Below are positions 1-9,781 of a DNA stretch of 40,777 nucleotides, piece after piece (position 1 is the first letter of the stretch; each line of letters opens with the position of its first letter). The stretch comes from Luteimonas sp. Its GTDB lineage: Bacteria > Pseudomonadota > Gammaproteobacteria > Xanthomonadales > Xanthomonadaceae. The notes under the pieces are model-generated. The model had not been told where the DNA came from, did no database searches, and saw only the letters and a program-made list of their open reading frames with translations. The stretch lies in NCBI GenBank assembly GCA_035497155.1, contig DATJDY010000072.1, positions 1 through 40,777 on the forward strand. Reading direction: 5' to 3'. The position numbers were made by a program, and so were the translations under genes.

Positions 1-132
1 GAGCAGTCCGAACGCTCGCTGCTGCCCAACGGCGTGCATGCGCGGGTGATGCTCAACGAGGACGACGCGCTGGTCCCGGACCTCGAGCTGGTCGAGCGGA
101 TGATCGGCGAGAGCCTGCAGCGCGCCGCCTGA
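1..132 (+). CDS. 3' end of a probable CheW-like chemosensory protein (ChpC-like), partial
   Basis: Frame 1 is open from base 1: EQSERSLLPNGVHARVMLNEDDALVPDLELVERMIGESLQRAA*. The 'ALVPDL' end resembles ChpC, and pil-chp clusters are recalled to abut rsmE-bioA in Xanthomonadales. Confidence 0.5.
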   Translation, partial: EQSERSLLPNGVHARVMLNEDDALVPDLELVERMIGESLQRAA

Positions 133-166
133 CGCGAGCGAGCGCGCCGGCTTCAGCCCGCGTCGT

Positions 167-898
167 TCAACCCAGGTCGCCGAAGCGGGCCTGCAACGCC
201 GCGATCGCGGCGATCCCCGCGGTTTCCGTGCGCAGGATGCGCGGCCCCAGGCGCAGGCCGGCGAAGTCCGCGGCCTCCAGCTGCGCGCGATCGCGAGGCG
301 ACCAGCCGCCTTCCGGGCCGACCGCGAGCACGCACGCGTCGCCGGGCGGCGGCATCGACGCGATGGAAGCATTGGCTTCTGGATCGAGCAGGAAGCGCGC
401 ATCGGGCAGGCCCGGAACGCCGAGCGCGTCGGCCAGCGGCTGCGGCGCGGCCACCGGCGGCAGCATGCCGCGCCCGCTCTGGCCGCAGGCCGAGGCGACG
501 ATCCCGCGCCAGTGCGCCAGGCGCTTCTCCGCGCGCGCCGCGTCGAGGCGCACTTCGCTGCGCTCGCTCGACACCGGGACGATGCCCGAGACGCCGAGTT
601 CGGTGGCCTTCTGCAGGATCCAGTCCATCTTCTCGCCGCGGGCGATGCCCTGCAGCAGGACGATGCGCAGCGGGGATTCGGCGGCGGCGGCGGGCCGCAC
701 CGAAACGACTTCGGCCTCGTGACCGCGCTTGCCGGCCGCGAGCAGTCGCGCCTCGTAATCGTTGCCGTCGCCGTTGAACAGCACGCAAGGGTCGCCAGGC
801 TGCAGGCGCAGCACGCGCTGCAGGTGCGTGGCGGCATCTTCGGGCAGCGCCACGCGCGCGCCGGGCGCCAGCGGTGCTTCGACGTGGACGCGGGTCAT
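167..898 (-). CDS. rsmE: 16S rRNA m3U1498 methyltransferase RsmE
   Basis: Motifs HLQRVLRL, KMDWILQKATELGV, VGPEGGWS, LGPRILRTETA. ATG at 898 overlaps the bioA stop (ATGA); an alternative ATG lies at 904. Confidence 0.95.
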   Translation of the reverse strand: MTRVHVEAPLAPGARVALPEDAATHLQRVLRLQPGDPCVLFNGDGNDYEARLLAAGKRGHEAEVVSVRPAAAAESPLRIVLLQGIARGEKMDWILQKATELGVSGIVPVSSERSEVRLDAARAEKRLAHWRGIVASACGQSGRGMLPPVAAPQPLADALGVPGLPDARFLLDPEANASIASMPPPGDACVLAVGPEGGWSPRDRAQLEAADFAGLRLGPRILRTETAGIAAIAALQARFGDLG

Positions 899-2370
899 GC
901 GCATGCGGTGGCCTCCGCGATGGCCTCGGCGGTGACGCGCGCAAGCAGCGCGAGCTGCGCGTCGTCGACGCAGTAGGGCGGCATCCAGTACACGATGTCG
1001 CCGAGCGGGCGCAGGACCACGCCGCGCTCGAGCGCGGCGCGATACGCGCGCAGGCCGACGCGCAGCGACGGATCGAAAGGCCTGCCTGCGGGCGGCGTGG
1101 AGCGGCGGCCGTCGCGCGCCAGTTCGAACGCCACGATCATGCCCGCCTGGCGCACGTCGGCGACGTGCGGGAGCGTCGCCAGCGGCGCGGCCAGTGCCGC
1201 CATCTTCGCCGCGGTGGCGCGATTGCGCTCGACCACGCGGTCGTCCTCGAGGATCGACAGCGACGCCAGCGCGGCCGCGCAGGCGAGCGGATTTCCCGTG
1301 TAGCTGTGCGAATGCAGGAAGGCGCGCTCGCGCGAATCGTCGAGGAAACCATCGTAGATGGATTGCGTCGCCAGCACCGCGGCCAGCGGCAGGAAGCCGC
1401 CGGTCAGGCCCTTGGACAGGCACAGCAGGTCGGGCTGGATGCCCGGCGCGCCGCCGGCCTGCGCGGGCGGGGCCTGCTCGCAGGCGAACAGGGTGCCGGT
1501 GCGCCCGAAGCCCACCGCGATCTCGTCGGCGATGAGCATCACGCCGTGGCGATCGCACAGTTCGCGCGCCAGCCGCAGGTACAGCGGGTGGTGCATGCGC
1601 ATGCCGCCGGCGCACTGCACCAGCGGCTCGAGGATGAAGGCGCAGACCTCGCCGGCGTGGCGCTCGAGCAGGTCACCGAGCGCGGCGGCGGCGCGGCGCG
1701 CGCAATCCTCGGCCGATTCGCGTGGCGCGGCGTACCAGGCGTCGGGGCTCGGCGCGAACAGGCATTCGGCCAGCAGCGGCGCGTACACCCGGCGGTACAG
1801 CGGCACGTCGCCGACCGCGAGCGCGCCGAGCGTTTCGCCGTGGTAGCCGTTCTCCAGCGCGACGAATTTCGTGCGCCGCAGCTCGCCGCGATTGCGGAAC
1901 CAGTGGAAGGCCATCTTCAACGCGACTTCGACCCCGGCCGAACCGTTGTCCGCGTAGAACACCTTGGCCAGCGGCGCCCGGCCCGCTTCACGGGGCGCGA
2001 TGGCGAGCAGCCGCTCGGCCAGCTCCACCGCCGGTGCGTGCGAGAAGCCGGCGAGGATCACTTGTTCGAGCTTGCCCGCCTGGGCCGCGATCGCGGCCCC
2101 GATGCGCGGTTCGGCGTGGCCGAAGAGGTTGGTCCACCAGCTGGAGACCGCATCGAGGTAGCGGCGGCCATCGCGCCCCACCAGCCAGGCGCCTTCGCCG
2201 CGCTCGATCGGCACCAGCGGCAAGGTCGGGCCGGCATCTCCCGGCACCGTCGCCGACAGATGTTCGCGCATCTGCGTGCAGGGGTGCCACAACACCGCGA
2301 GGTCGCGTTCGCGCCAGCGCCCGCCATCGCCAGCGCTTATCATGTCCGGATGGATCGCATCGTCCGCCAT
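895..2370 (-). CDS. bioA: Adenosylmethionine-8-amino-7-oxononanoate aminotransferase (class III PLP)
   Basis: Motifs WHPCTQM, DAVSSWW, GSAGVEVALKMA, YHGET, LIADEIAVGFGRTG, SKGLTGG, HSHSYTGNPLAC. Confidence 0.95.
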   Translation of the reverse strand: MADDAIHPDMISAGDGGRWRERDLAVLWHPCTQMREHLSATVPGDAGPTLPLVPIERGEGAWLVGRDGRRYLDAVSSWWTNLFGHAEPRIGAAIAAQAGKLEQVILAGFSHAPAVELAERLLAIAPREAGRAPLAKVFYADNGSAGVEVALKMAFHWFRNRGELRRTKFVALENGYHGETLGALAVGDVPLYRRVYAPLLAECLFAPSPDAWYAAPRESAEDCARRAAAALGDLLERHAGEVCAFILEPLVQCAGGMRMHHPLYLRLARELCDRHGVMLIADEIAVGFGRTGTLFACEQAPPAQAGGAPGIQPDLLCLSKGLTGGFLPLAAVLATQSIYDGFLDDSRERAFLHSHSYTGNPLACAAALASLSILEDDRVVERNRATAAKMAALAAPLATLPHVADVRQAGMIVAFELARDGRRSTPPAGRPFDPSLRVGLRAYRAALERGVVLRPLGDIVYWMPPYCVDDAQLALLARVTAEAIAEATACA

Positions 2371-2414
2371 CCGTCCATTATCGCGCTTTCGGCGCCGGCA
2401 CCGGCGGGCCCGCG

Positions 2415-2969
2415 ATGAGCGGACGCCGCCTGCCCACGATCCATGGCGTGACCGCCGACGATGCCGGCGGCCCGTACCGCGTCGAGCACGTCGACCTGGA
2501 ATTCTCCAACGGCGAGCGCCGCCAGTTCCGGCGCCTGCATGGCCGCGGCCATGGCGCGGTGTACGTGGTGCCGCTGCTCGACGACGACACCGTGTTGCTG
2601 GTGCGCGAATACGCCGCCGGCCTGCACCGCTACGAGCTGGGCCTGGTGTCCGGCCGCATCGATCCGGGCGAGACGGCCCTGGAAGCCGCCAATCGCGAGC
2701 TGCAGGAAGAGGCCGGTTACGGCGCGCGCGACCTGCACCTGCTGCGCCGCCTGTCACTGTCGCCGCGCTACATGAGCCAGGAAGCGGACATCGTGCTCGC
2801 GCGCGACCTGTATCCGCAGCGCTTGCCCGGCGACGAACCCGAGGAACTGGAAGTCGTGCCGTGGAAGCTCGACGCGCTGCACGAACTGGTGCTGCGCGAG
2901 GATTTTTCCGAAGGCCGCGCGGTCGCCGCGCTGTTCATGGCGCGGGAGTGGCTGCGGCATGCGCGCTGA
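2415..2969 (+). CDS. nudE: ADP-compounds Nudix hydrolase NudE
   Basis: Nudix box GRIDPGETALEAANRELQEEAGY, plus DLEFSNG and GDEPEELEV; sits upstream of cysQ as expected. Confidence 0.9.
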   Translation: MSGRRLPTIHGVTADDAGGPYRVEHVDLEFSNGERRQFRRLHGRGHGAVYVVPLLDDDTVLLVREYAAGLHRYELGLVSGRIDPGETALEAANRELQEEAGYGARDLHLLRRLSLSPRYMSQEADIVLARDLYPQRLPGDEPEELEVVPWKLDALHELVLREDFSEGRAVAALFMAREWLRHAR

Positions 2970-3762
2970 GCAGCTGGATGCGCTGCGCGAGGGCATCATC
3001 GCGCTGGCGCGGGAAGCCGCCGCCGAGATCCTGCGCGTGTACGAAGGCGAGTTCGACGTGCAGCGCAAGGACGACGATTCGCCGCTGACCGCGGCCGACC
3101 TCGCGGCGCACCGCTGCATCGTCGAGGGCCTGGAGCGGCTGTCGCCGGGCATCCCCGTGTTGTCCAAGGAATCGGCGCAGGACGTGCCGGCGCTGCTGCG
3201 CCGGCAGTGGCCGCGCATGTGGCTGGTCGATCCGCTGGACGGCACGCGCGAATTCGTGAAGCGCAACGGCGAGTTCACCGTCAACATCGCGCTCATCGAC
3301 GAGGGCGAGGCCGTGCTCGGCGTCGTGCAGGCACCGGTGACCGGCGCGCTCTGGCACGGCCAGCGCGGCCGCGGTGCGTTCCGCCGCGAAGGCGACCGTG
3401 ATGTTCCGGTGCGTACGCGCACGCCGGCGACCGCGCCGCTGCGCGTCGCCGCGAGCCGCTCGCACCGCGATCCGCGCACCGAGGCGGTGCTGGCGCGGAT
3501 GGGCGAAGTCGAGGCGATCGGCGTCGGCTCCTCGCTCAAGTTCTGCCGCCTCGCCGAGGGCACGATGGACGCGTATCCGCGCTTCGGCCCGACCAGCGAG
3601 TGGGATACCGCCGCTGGCCAGTGCGTGCTGGAAGCCGCGGGCGGCGCGGTGCTCGACCCGCGCGGCCGCCCGCTGCGCTACAACCAGCGCGACACCATCC
3701 TCAACGGCGACTTCATCGCCCTCGGCGACCCGTCGCTGCCCTGGCGCGAGTGGCTGGCATGA
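2959..3762 (+). CDS. cysQ: 3'(2'),5'-bisphosphate nucleotidase CysQ (inositol monophosphatase family)
   Basis: Motifs KDDDSPLTAAD, WLVDPLDGTREF, GSSLKFC, EWDTAAGQ. Has SKE where SEE is usual. Confidence 0.92.
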   Translation: MRAEQLDALREGIIALAREAAAEILRVYEGEFDVQRKDDDSPLTAADLAAHRCIVEGLERLSPGIPVLSKESAQDVPALLRRQWPRMWLVDPLDGTREFVKRNGEFTVNIALIDEGEAVLGVVQAPVTGALWHGQRGRGAFRREGDRDVPVRTRTPATAPLRVAASRSHRDPRTEAVLARMGEVEAIGVGSSLKFCRLAEGTMDAYPRFGPTSEWDTAAGQCVLEAAGGAVLDPRGRPLRYNQRDTILNGDFIALGDPSLPWREWLA

Positions 3763-4586
3763 AGGCGGCAAACGGGGATATCGGGGGGTTGCTGGAGATC
3801 ATGGCGCGGCTGCGCCAGCCGGAGGACGGCTGCCCGTGGGACGTGGCGCAGACGTTCGCGACCATCGCGCCGTACACGATCGAGGAAGCCTACGAGGTCG
3901 CCGACGCGATCGACCGCGGCGACATGGCCGACCTGCGCGACGAACTCGGCGACCTGCTGCTGCAGGTGGTCTTCCATGCGCGCATGGCGGAAGAGCAGGG
4001 CGCGTTCGATTTCGCCGGCGTCGTCGACGCGATCGTCGACAAGATGGTGCGCCGCCACCCGCACGTGTTCGCCGGCGCCGGCCGCGAGGCGGATGCCGAG
4101 GCGCAGCTGCGCGAGTGGGAAGCGCTCAAGCGCGGCGAACGCGAGGCTGCCGGCGACGGCGACGCGTCCGCGCTCGCCGGCATCGCGCGCGGCCTCCCGG
4201 AGTGGCAGCGCGCGATCAAGCTGCAGAAGCGCGCCGCGACCGTCGGCTTCGACTGGCCCGGTCCCGAACCAGTGGTCGCCAAGCTGCACGAGGAGATCGA
4301 CGAGGCGCGCGCGGAATTCGCCGCCGTGGCCGCCGACCCGGGCGATGCCGCCGCGCAGGACCGGCTGGAGGACGAGATCGGCGACCTGCTGTTCGTCTGC
4401 GCCAACCTGGCCAGGCACGCACGCGTCGACCCCGGCGCGGCCCTGCGGCGCGCAAACGCCAAGTTCGAGCGCCGCTTCCGGGCGATGGAGGCGCTGGCCG
4501 CGGCCGAAGGCGTGCACCTGAAGGACCTGTCGCTCGACGCGCAGGAGGCATACTGGGTCCGGGCCAAGCTCGCCGAGCGCGCCTGA
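3759..4586 (+). CDS. mazG: Nucleoside triphosphate pyrophosphohydrolase MazG
   Basis: Motifs GCPWD, IEEAYEVADAI, ELGDLLLQVVFH, RRHPHVF, GFDW, EIGDLLF, ANAKFERRF. ATGA overlap with cysQ. Confidence 0.95.
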   Translation: MKAANGDIGGLLEIMARLRQPEDGCPWDVAQTFATIAPYTIEEAYEVADAIDRGDMADLRDELGDLLLQVVFHARMAEEQGAFDFAGVVDAIVDKMVRRHPHVFAGAGREADAEAQLREWEALKRGEREAAGDGDASALAGIARGLPEWQRAIKLQKRAATVGFDWPGPEPVVAKLHEEIDEARAEFAAVAADPGDAAAQDRLEDEIGDLLFVCANLARHARVDPGAALRRANAKFERRFRAMEALAAAEGVHLKDLSLDAQEAYWVRAKLAERA

Positions 4587-4630
4587 CGGGGCGCGCGCTT
4601 CGGCGGCAGCCCATGCCGAGGGGACATCGC

Positions 4631-4933
4631 ATGCGTCGTTTCGCCAGCTTCCGCGAGTTCTATCCGTTCTACCTGTCCGAGCACGCCAACCGCGCCTCGC
4701 GCAGGCTGCATTTCTTCGGCAGCTGCGGCGTGCTCGGCCTCGTCGCGGGCGCGATCGCCACGCGCAACGCCTGGTGGTTGCTCGCCGCGCTCGCCTGCGG
4801 CTACGGCTTCGCCTGGATCGGCCACTTCTTCTTCGAGAAGAACCGTCCCGCGACGTTCCGCCATCCGTTCTATTCGTTCGCGGGCGACTGGGTGATGTTC
4901 GCCGACGTCCTGCGCGGCCGCGTCAGGCTTTGA
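4631..4933 (+). CDS. DUF962/Mpo1-like small membrane protein
   Basis: FYPFYLSEH...RRLHFFG...GYGFAWIGHFFFEKNRPATF pattern; RBS-like GAGGGG upstream. Confidence 0.85.
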   Translation: MRRFASFREFYPFYLSEHANRASRRLHFFGSCGVLGLVAGAIATRNAWWLLAALACGYGFAWIGHFFFEKNRPATFRHPFYSFAGDWVMFADVLRGRVRL

Positions 4934-4943
4934 TGCCTTCGGC

Positions 4944-5294
4944 TCACTCCAGGAAGATGAGCCACGCCGCCACCGCGATCAGCGCGAATCCCGCCCAGTG
5001 GTTCCACTTCAGCGGCTGGCCGAGGTACCACGCGGAGAACGCGGCGAACACGACCAGCGTGATCACTTCCTGCATGCCCTTGAGTTGCGGCGCGCTGTAC
5101 ACCGCGCTGCCGAGGCGGTTGGCCGGCACCTGCAGCGTGTATTCGAAGAACGCGATGCCCCAGCTGGCCAGGATCGCGAAGACCAGCGGCGTCGACTTGT
5201 ACTTCAGGTGCCCGTACCAGGCGAAGGTCATGAAGACGTTGGATCCCAGCAGCAGGAGCACGGGCAGGAAGCGGTCGAGGAGGGCGGCGGGCAT
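4944..5294 (-). CDS. DMT-family small membrane protein (DUF486-like)
   Basis: SNVFMTFAWYGHLK...SWGIAFFEY.LQVPANRLG...QLKGMQEVITL; four hydrophobic segments. Confidence 0.85.
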   Translation of the reverse strand: MPAALLDRFLPVLLLLGSNVFMTFAWYGHLKYKSTPLVFAILASWGIAFFEYTLQVPANRLGSAVYSAPQLKGMQEVITLVVFAAFSAWYLGQPLKWNHWAGFALIAVAAWLIFLE

Positions 5295-5410
5295 GGGCGG
5301 GGGCCTTGGAACAGGGGTCCTGGGGGCGCCAGCCTAGCGCCTTCACATGGATTCCACCCCCGGACGGGCACCTTTCACAAAGCTGAAGAACCCCACCCAA
5401 GGAGCATTCC

Positions 5411-6127
5411 ATGACGCGCACCGCCCAAGACCCCGCTGGCCTGGTCCTGATCGTCGAGGACAACCGCAATATTTCCGAGATGGTGGGCGAGTACCTCGAG
5501 GGGCGTGGCTTCGAGGTCGATTACGCCTCCGACGGCCTCGACGGCTACCGGCTCGCTTCCGAGAACAGCTACGACGTGGTCGTGCTGGACCTGATGCTGC
5601 CGCGCCTGGACGGCGTCGAGGTGTGCAAGCGCCTGCGCGAGGAAGCGCGCAAGTCCACGCCCGTGCTGATGCTCACCGCGCGCGACACGCTCGACGAGAA
5701 GCTCACGGGGTTGTCGGTCGGTGCCGACGACTACCTGACCAAGCCGTTCGCGATCCAGGAACTCGAGGCGCGCCTGCGCGCGCTGATCCGCCGCGAGCGT
5801 CGCCAGGTCGGTTCCGAGGTCCTCAAGGTCGCCGACCTGGTGCTCGATCCGGCCAGCCTGCGCGCCACCCGCGGCGGCGTCGAACTGCAGCTCTCGCCGA
5901 TCGGGCTGAAGCTGCTGACCATCCTGATGCGCGAATCGCCGCGCGTGGTCAGCCGCCAGGAGATCGAGCGCGAGATCTGGGGCAACGGCCTGCCGGATTC
6001 GGACACGCTGCGCAGCCACCTGTACAACCTGCGCAAGACCATCGACAAGCCGTACGACAAGCCGTTGCTGCACACGGTGCAGAGCGCGGGTTATCGTATC
6101 GCCGACATCGAACAGCCGCCGGCCTGA
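5411..6127 (+). CDS. OmpR/PhoB-family response regulator (ColR-like)
   Basis: Receiver motifs VED, LDLMLP, LTARD, GADDYLTKPF; winged-helix LRSHLYNLRK...TVQSAGY; RBS AAGGAG. Confidence 0.93.
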   Translation: MTRTAQDPAGLVLIVEDNRNISEMVGEYLEGRGFEVDYASDGLDGYRLASENSYDVVVLDLMLPRLDGVEVCKRLREEARKSTPVLMLTARDTLDEKLTGLSVGADDYLTKPFAIQELEARLRALIRRERRQVGSEVLKVADLVLDPASLRATRGGVELQLSPIGLKLLTILMRESPRVVSRQEIEREIWGNGLPDSDTLRSHLYNLRKTIDKPYDKPLLHTVQSAGYRIADIEQPPA

Positions 6128-6155
6128 GCCGGAGGCATCCGGGGGCGGGGGAATC

Positions 6156-7430
6156 ATGGCGGAGGGGTTGCCGCGCAGGCTGCGGTTGGCGTTCATGCTC
6201 CAGGTCGCGATCGCCAGCCTGGTGATCGTGTCCGGGACGTGGGTGACGGTGATCCTGGCGCGGCAGGAGATCGCGCGGCACGCCTTGCAGGAGGAGGTCG
6301 ACTTCTTCTGGCAGCGACGCGCGACGGACCCGGCCTGGCAACCGCCCTTCGAGTCGCGCCTGCGCGGCTATGTCGCCGCCGGCAGCGACGATTCCCCGAT
6401 CCCGCAAGGCCTGCGCGCGTTGCCGCCGGGCATGCACCTGCTCGAGCACCAGATCGCGATGGTGGACGTGCGCGGCGACACGCGCCTGGTGCTGTCCTAC
6501 CCGCGCAGCGAAGCGAACCTGCGCTCGGCGCAGATGGTCGCGGCGCCCGTGCTGCTGGCGCTGCTGGCGCTGGCCGCGAGCGCGTTGTTCACCTATCGCA
6601 ACGCCAAGCGCATCGTCGCGCCACTGGACTGGATCGCGCGCGCGGTCCGCGAGTGGGACCCGATGGATCCGGATCCGACCGTGCTCGGCCCGGATCGCCT
6701 GCCGCCGGACGCAGGCCCCGAGGCGCGCCACCTCGCTGGCGCGCTGCAGCGCATGGCCGAGCGCATGCGCGCCTTCGTGCGCCGCGAGCGCGACTTCACC
6801 CGCGATGCCAGCCACGAGCTGCGCACCCCGCTCACCGTGATCCGCGTCGCCAGCGACCTGCTCGAGGGCGATTCCGACCTGCCCGAGCGCGCGCGCCGCT
6901 CGCTGGCGCGGATCCAGCGTTCGGGTCGCGACATGGAATCGGTGATCGACGCCTTCCTGATCCTCGCCCGCGAGGCCGACGTCGAACCGCAGCGCGAGGA
7001 ATTCGCGGTCCGCGACGTCGTCGCCGAGGAGGTCGCCAACGCCCGTGCGCTGCTCGGCGACAAGCCGGTGGAACTGGTGGTCGCGGAACTGGCCTCGCCA
7101 TCGCTGTACGCGGCGCCGCGCGTGTTCGCGGTGATGCTGCGCAACCTGCTGGCCAACGCCTGCACCTTCACCGAGCGCGGCCGCGTCGAGGTCCGGATCG
7201 AGGAGGATCGCGTGGTCGTCGCCGACACCGGCATCGGCATGTCCGCCGATGCGCTGCAGCGCGCGTTCGATCCGTTCTACCGCGCCGAGCCCGACCGGAT
7301 CACCGGCAAGGGCATGGGCCTGTCGATCGTGCGCCGGCTCGGTGATCGCTTCGGCTGGCCGGTGATCCTCGACAGCCAGCCGGGACGCGGGACGGTCGCG
7401 ACGATCCGCTTCGGGAAACCTCGCGGCTGA
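6156..7430 (+). CDS. Sensor histidine kinase (ColS-like, two TM helices, HAMP)
   Basis: H-box DASHELRTPL, N-box RNLLANA, G1 DTGIG, F-box FDPF, G2 GMGLSIV. Confidence 0.93.
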   Translation: MAEGLPRRLRLAFMLQVAIASLVIVSGTWVTVILARQEIARHALQEEVDFFWQRRATDPAWQPPFESRLRGYVAAGSDDSPIPQGLRALPPGMHLLEHQIAMVDVRGDTRLVLSYPRSEANLRSAQMVAAPVLLALLALAASALFTYRNAKRIVAPLDWIARAVREWDPMDPDPTVLGPDRLPPDAGPEARHLAGALQRMAERMRAFVRRERDFTRDASHELRTPLTVIRVASDLLEGDSDLPERARRSLARIQRSGRDMESVIDAFLILAREADVEPQREEFAVRDVVAEEVANARALLGDKPVELVVAELASPSLYAAPRVFAVMLRNLLANACTFTERGRVEVRIEEDRVVVADTGIGMSADALQRAFDPFYRAEPDRITGKGMGLSIVRRLGDRFGWPVILDSQPGRGTVATIRFGKPRG

Positions 7431-7520
7431 AGCCCGCCGGACCGTGGACTGCGCCACGGTCAACCGGCTGCGTCCGCGCGCGTTAGGCTTGGCGACTCCC
7501 CCGCACGGATCCATCCGACC

Positions 7521-9053
7521 ATGTCCACCCGTCGTCCCGCTGCCGGCAAGCCCGGTCCGCGTCGAGCCATCGCCATCGTCGTCGCCTGCGTGCTCGTGCT
7601 GGCGGCCGGCTGGTGGTGGATGCACCGCAAGGCCGACGACGCCGGCGGCTATCGGACCACGGCCGTGGAGCGCGGCGACATCCGCGTGGCGATTTCCGCC
7701 ACCGGCACGCTGAGCGCGATCTCCACCGTCACCGTCGGCAGCCAGGTGTCCGGCCAGGTGACCGACGTGCTGGCGGACTTCAACGACAAGGTGACCAAGG
7801 GCCAGGTGATCGCGAAGATCGATCCCAGCACCTACGAGGCGCAGATCGAGCAGGGCAACGCGCAGGTCGCCAGCGCGCAGGCGCAGCTGCGGCAGGCGCA
7901 GGCGTCGCTGCGGAACGCGAAGCTCGACTACGACCGCAAGGCCTCGCTCGGCGGCCAGCAGCTCGTCGCGAAGAGCGACGTGGACCTGGCGCGTGCGGCG
8001 CTCGAGCAGGCACAAGCGCAGGTCAATGCCGCGCAGGCGCAGATCCGCCAGCAGACGGCTTCGACCCAGACCACGCGGGTGAACCTCAACCGCACCGTGA
8101 TCCGCTCGCCCGTGGACGGCGTGATCCTGACCCGCACGATCGAGCCCGGCCAGACGGTCGCGGCCAGCCTGCAGGCGCCCGAACTGTTCACGATCGCCGA
8201 AGACCTGTCGAAGATGAAGATCGAGCTGGCCGTGGACGAATCGGACATCGGCCAGGTCCGCAACGGCCAGGTGGTGACGTTCACCGCCGATGCGTTCCCG
8301 AACCGGCAGTTCCGCGGCATCGTCGACCAGGTGCGGATGTCGGCGACCACGACGAGCAACGTCGTCACCTATCCGGTGGTCGTCACCGTCGACAACAGCG
8401 ACGGCACGCTGCTGCCCGGCCTCACCGTCAATGCGGAGATCGAGGTCAGCAAGCGCGCCGACGTGCTGAAGGTGGCCAACGCCGCGCTGCGCTACAAGCC
8501 GGCCAACGAGGACGACAGTGCGGCGGCCGGCGCGCCGCAGGCCGGGCCGCGCGGTGGTGGCGGTTCGGGCGTGATCGATGACCTCGCGCGCACGGCGACC
8601 GGGCTCGGCCTCGACGCGAAGCAGCAGGCGGCGTTCGACGCGGCCGCCGAGGCGATCAAGCAGCGCCAGGCCGCGCGCCAGGCCGCGCCGCGCCCGCAGG
8701 GCAACGCGCTGTTCGGTGGAGGCCGCGGTTTCGGCGGCGGTGGTGGCGGCGGCGGGCAGATGCAGGCGCAGATGCGCCAGCGCATGATGGATCGCTTCCA
8801 GCAGGATTTCGCGCAGTTCCGCGCCAGCCTCACCGATGCGCAGCGCGCGCAGTGGGATTCGGCGGTCTCCGCGCTCGTCGGCGCCACGCGCGCCGCCGTG
8901 TACAAGCTCGTCGACGGCAAGCCGCAGAAGACGATGGTGCGCATCGGCGCCAGCGACGGCACCGACACCGAGATTTCCGGCGACGTGAAGGCCGGCGATC
9001 AGCTGGTCACCGGCGAGCGCGCGGCGGGTCCGGCAGCGGCGCCGGCGCAATGA
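7521..9053 (+). CDS. MacA-like periplasmic adaptor (membrane fusion protein) with a large C-terminal insertion
   Basis: N-terminal TM, VGSQVSGQV, coiled-coil hairpin, IRSPVDGVI, VDESDIG. Confidence 0.9.
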   Translation: MSTRRPAAGKPGPRRAIAIVVACVLVLAAGWWWMHRKADDAGGYRTTAVERGDIRVAISATGTLSAISTVTVGSQVSGQVTDVLADFNDKVTKGQVIAKIDPSTYEAQIEQGNAQVASAQAQLRQAQASLRNAKLDYDRKASLGGQQLVAKSDVDLARAALEQAQAQVNAAQAQIRQQTASTQTTRVNLNRTVIRSPVDGVILTRTIEPGQTVAASLQAPELFTIAEDLSKMKIELAVDESDIGQVRNGQVVTFTADAFPNRQFRGIVDQVRMSATTTSNVVTYPVVVTVDNSDGTLLPGLTVNAEIEVSKRADVLKVANAALRYKPANEDDSAAAGAPQAGPRGGGGSGVIDDLARTATGLGLDAKQQAAFDAAAEAIKQRQAARQAAPRPQGNALFGGGRGFGGGGGGGGQMQAQMRQRMMDRFQQDFAQFRASLTDAQRAQWDSAVSALVGATRAAVYKLVDGKPQKTMVRIGASDGTDTEISGDVKAGDQLVTGERAAGPAAAPAQ

Positions 9054-9781
9054 GCGCCACGTCCACGCCCGTCGTCCGCACCAGCGGGCTGGGCAAGGTC
9101 TACGCCGAGGGCACGCCGGCCGAGGTCGTTGCGCTGCGCGGCGTCGACCTCGAAGTGCGGCGCGGCGAGTTCATCGCGATCATGGGGCCGTCGGGTTCCG
9201 GCAAGTCGACGCTGATGAACCTGATCGGCTGCCTCGACACGGCCACCAGCGGCACCTACGAATGCGATGGCGTCGATGTCGCGACCCTCGACAAGGAAGC
9301 GCTGGCCGCGCTTCGCCGGGACAAGATCGGTTTCGTGTTCCAGGGTTTCAACCTGCTGCCGCGGATGGACGCGCTGCACAACGTGGCGATGCCGCTGGGC
9401 TATGCGCGCGTCCCGCACGCGGACCGCCTCGACATGGCGCGCGAAGCGCTGGCGGCCGTCGGCCTGGGCGATCGCACCGGCCATCGCCCGAGCGAGATGT
9501 CCGGCGGCCAGCAGCAGCGCGTCGCGATCGCGCGCGCGCTGATCAACCGCCCGCCGATCCTGCTCGCGGACGAGCCGACCGGCGCGCTCGATTCGAAAAC
9601 CGGCGAGGAGATCCTCGCGCTGTTCAAGCGCCTGCGCGACGAGGACCACACGGTCGTGCTGATCACCCACGACGCCGAGGTCGCCGCGCACGCCGACCGC
9701 ACCTACGTGATGCACGATGGCATGCTGCACGAAGGCCGGCTGCAGGAAGGCAAGCCGCACGCCCAGGGAACCGCGCCATGA
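9050..9781 (+). CDS. MacB/LolD-type ABC transporter ATP-binding protein
   Basis: Walker A GPSGSGKST, signature MSGGQQQRVAIARAL, Walker B/D-loop LLADEPTGALD, ITHD. Confidence 0.93.
   Translation: MSATSTPVVRTSGLGKVYAEGTPAEVVALRGVDLEVRRGEFIAIMGPSGSGKSTLMNLIGCLDTATSGTYECDGVDVATLDKEALAALRRDKIGFVFQGFNLLPRMDALHNVAMPLGYARVPHADRLDMAREALAAVGLGDRTGHRPSEMSGGQQQRVAIARALINRPPILLADEPTGALDSKTGEEILALFKRLRDEDHTVVLITHDAEVAAHADRTYVMHDGMLHEGRLQEGKPHAQGTAP

Noticed and set aside
895-2370. bioA located apart from other biotin genes
   Set aside because: The rsmE-bioA/nudE-cysQ-mazG arrangement is recalled as ordinary for Xanthomonadales.
5949-9050. Very long antisense or alternative-frame ORFs (e.g. 5949-9050, 14232-16973, 31209-34325, 36919-39774)
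   Set aside because: They overlap well-supported genes, are Arg/Ala/Gly/Pro-rich without motifs, and are expected shadow ORFs at this GC content.
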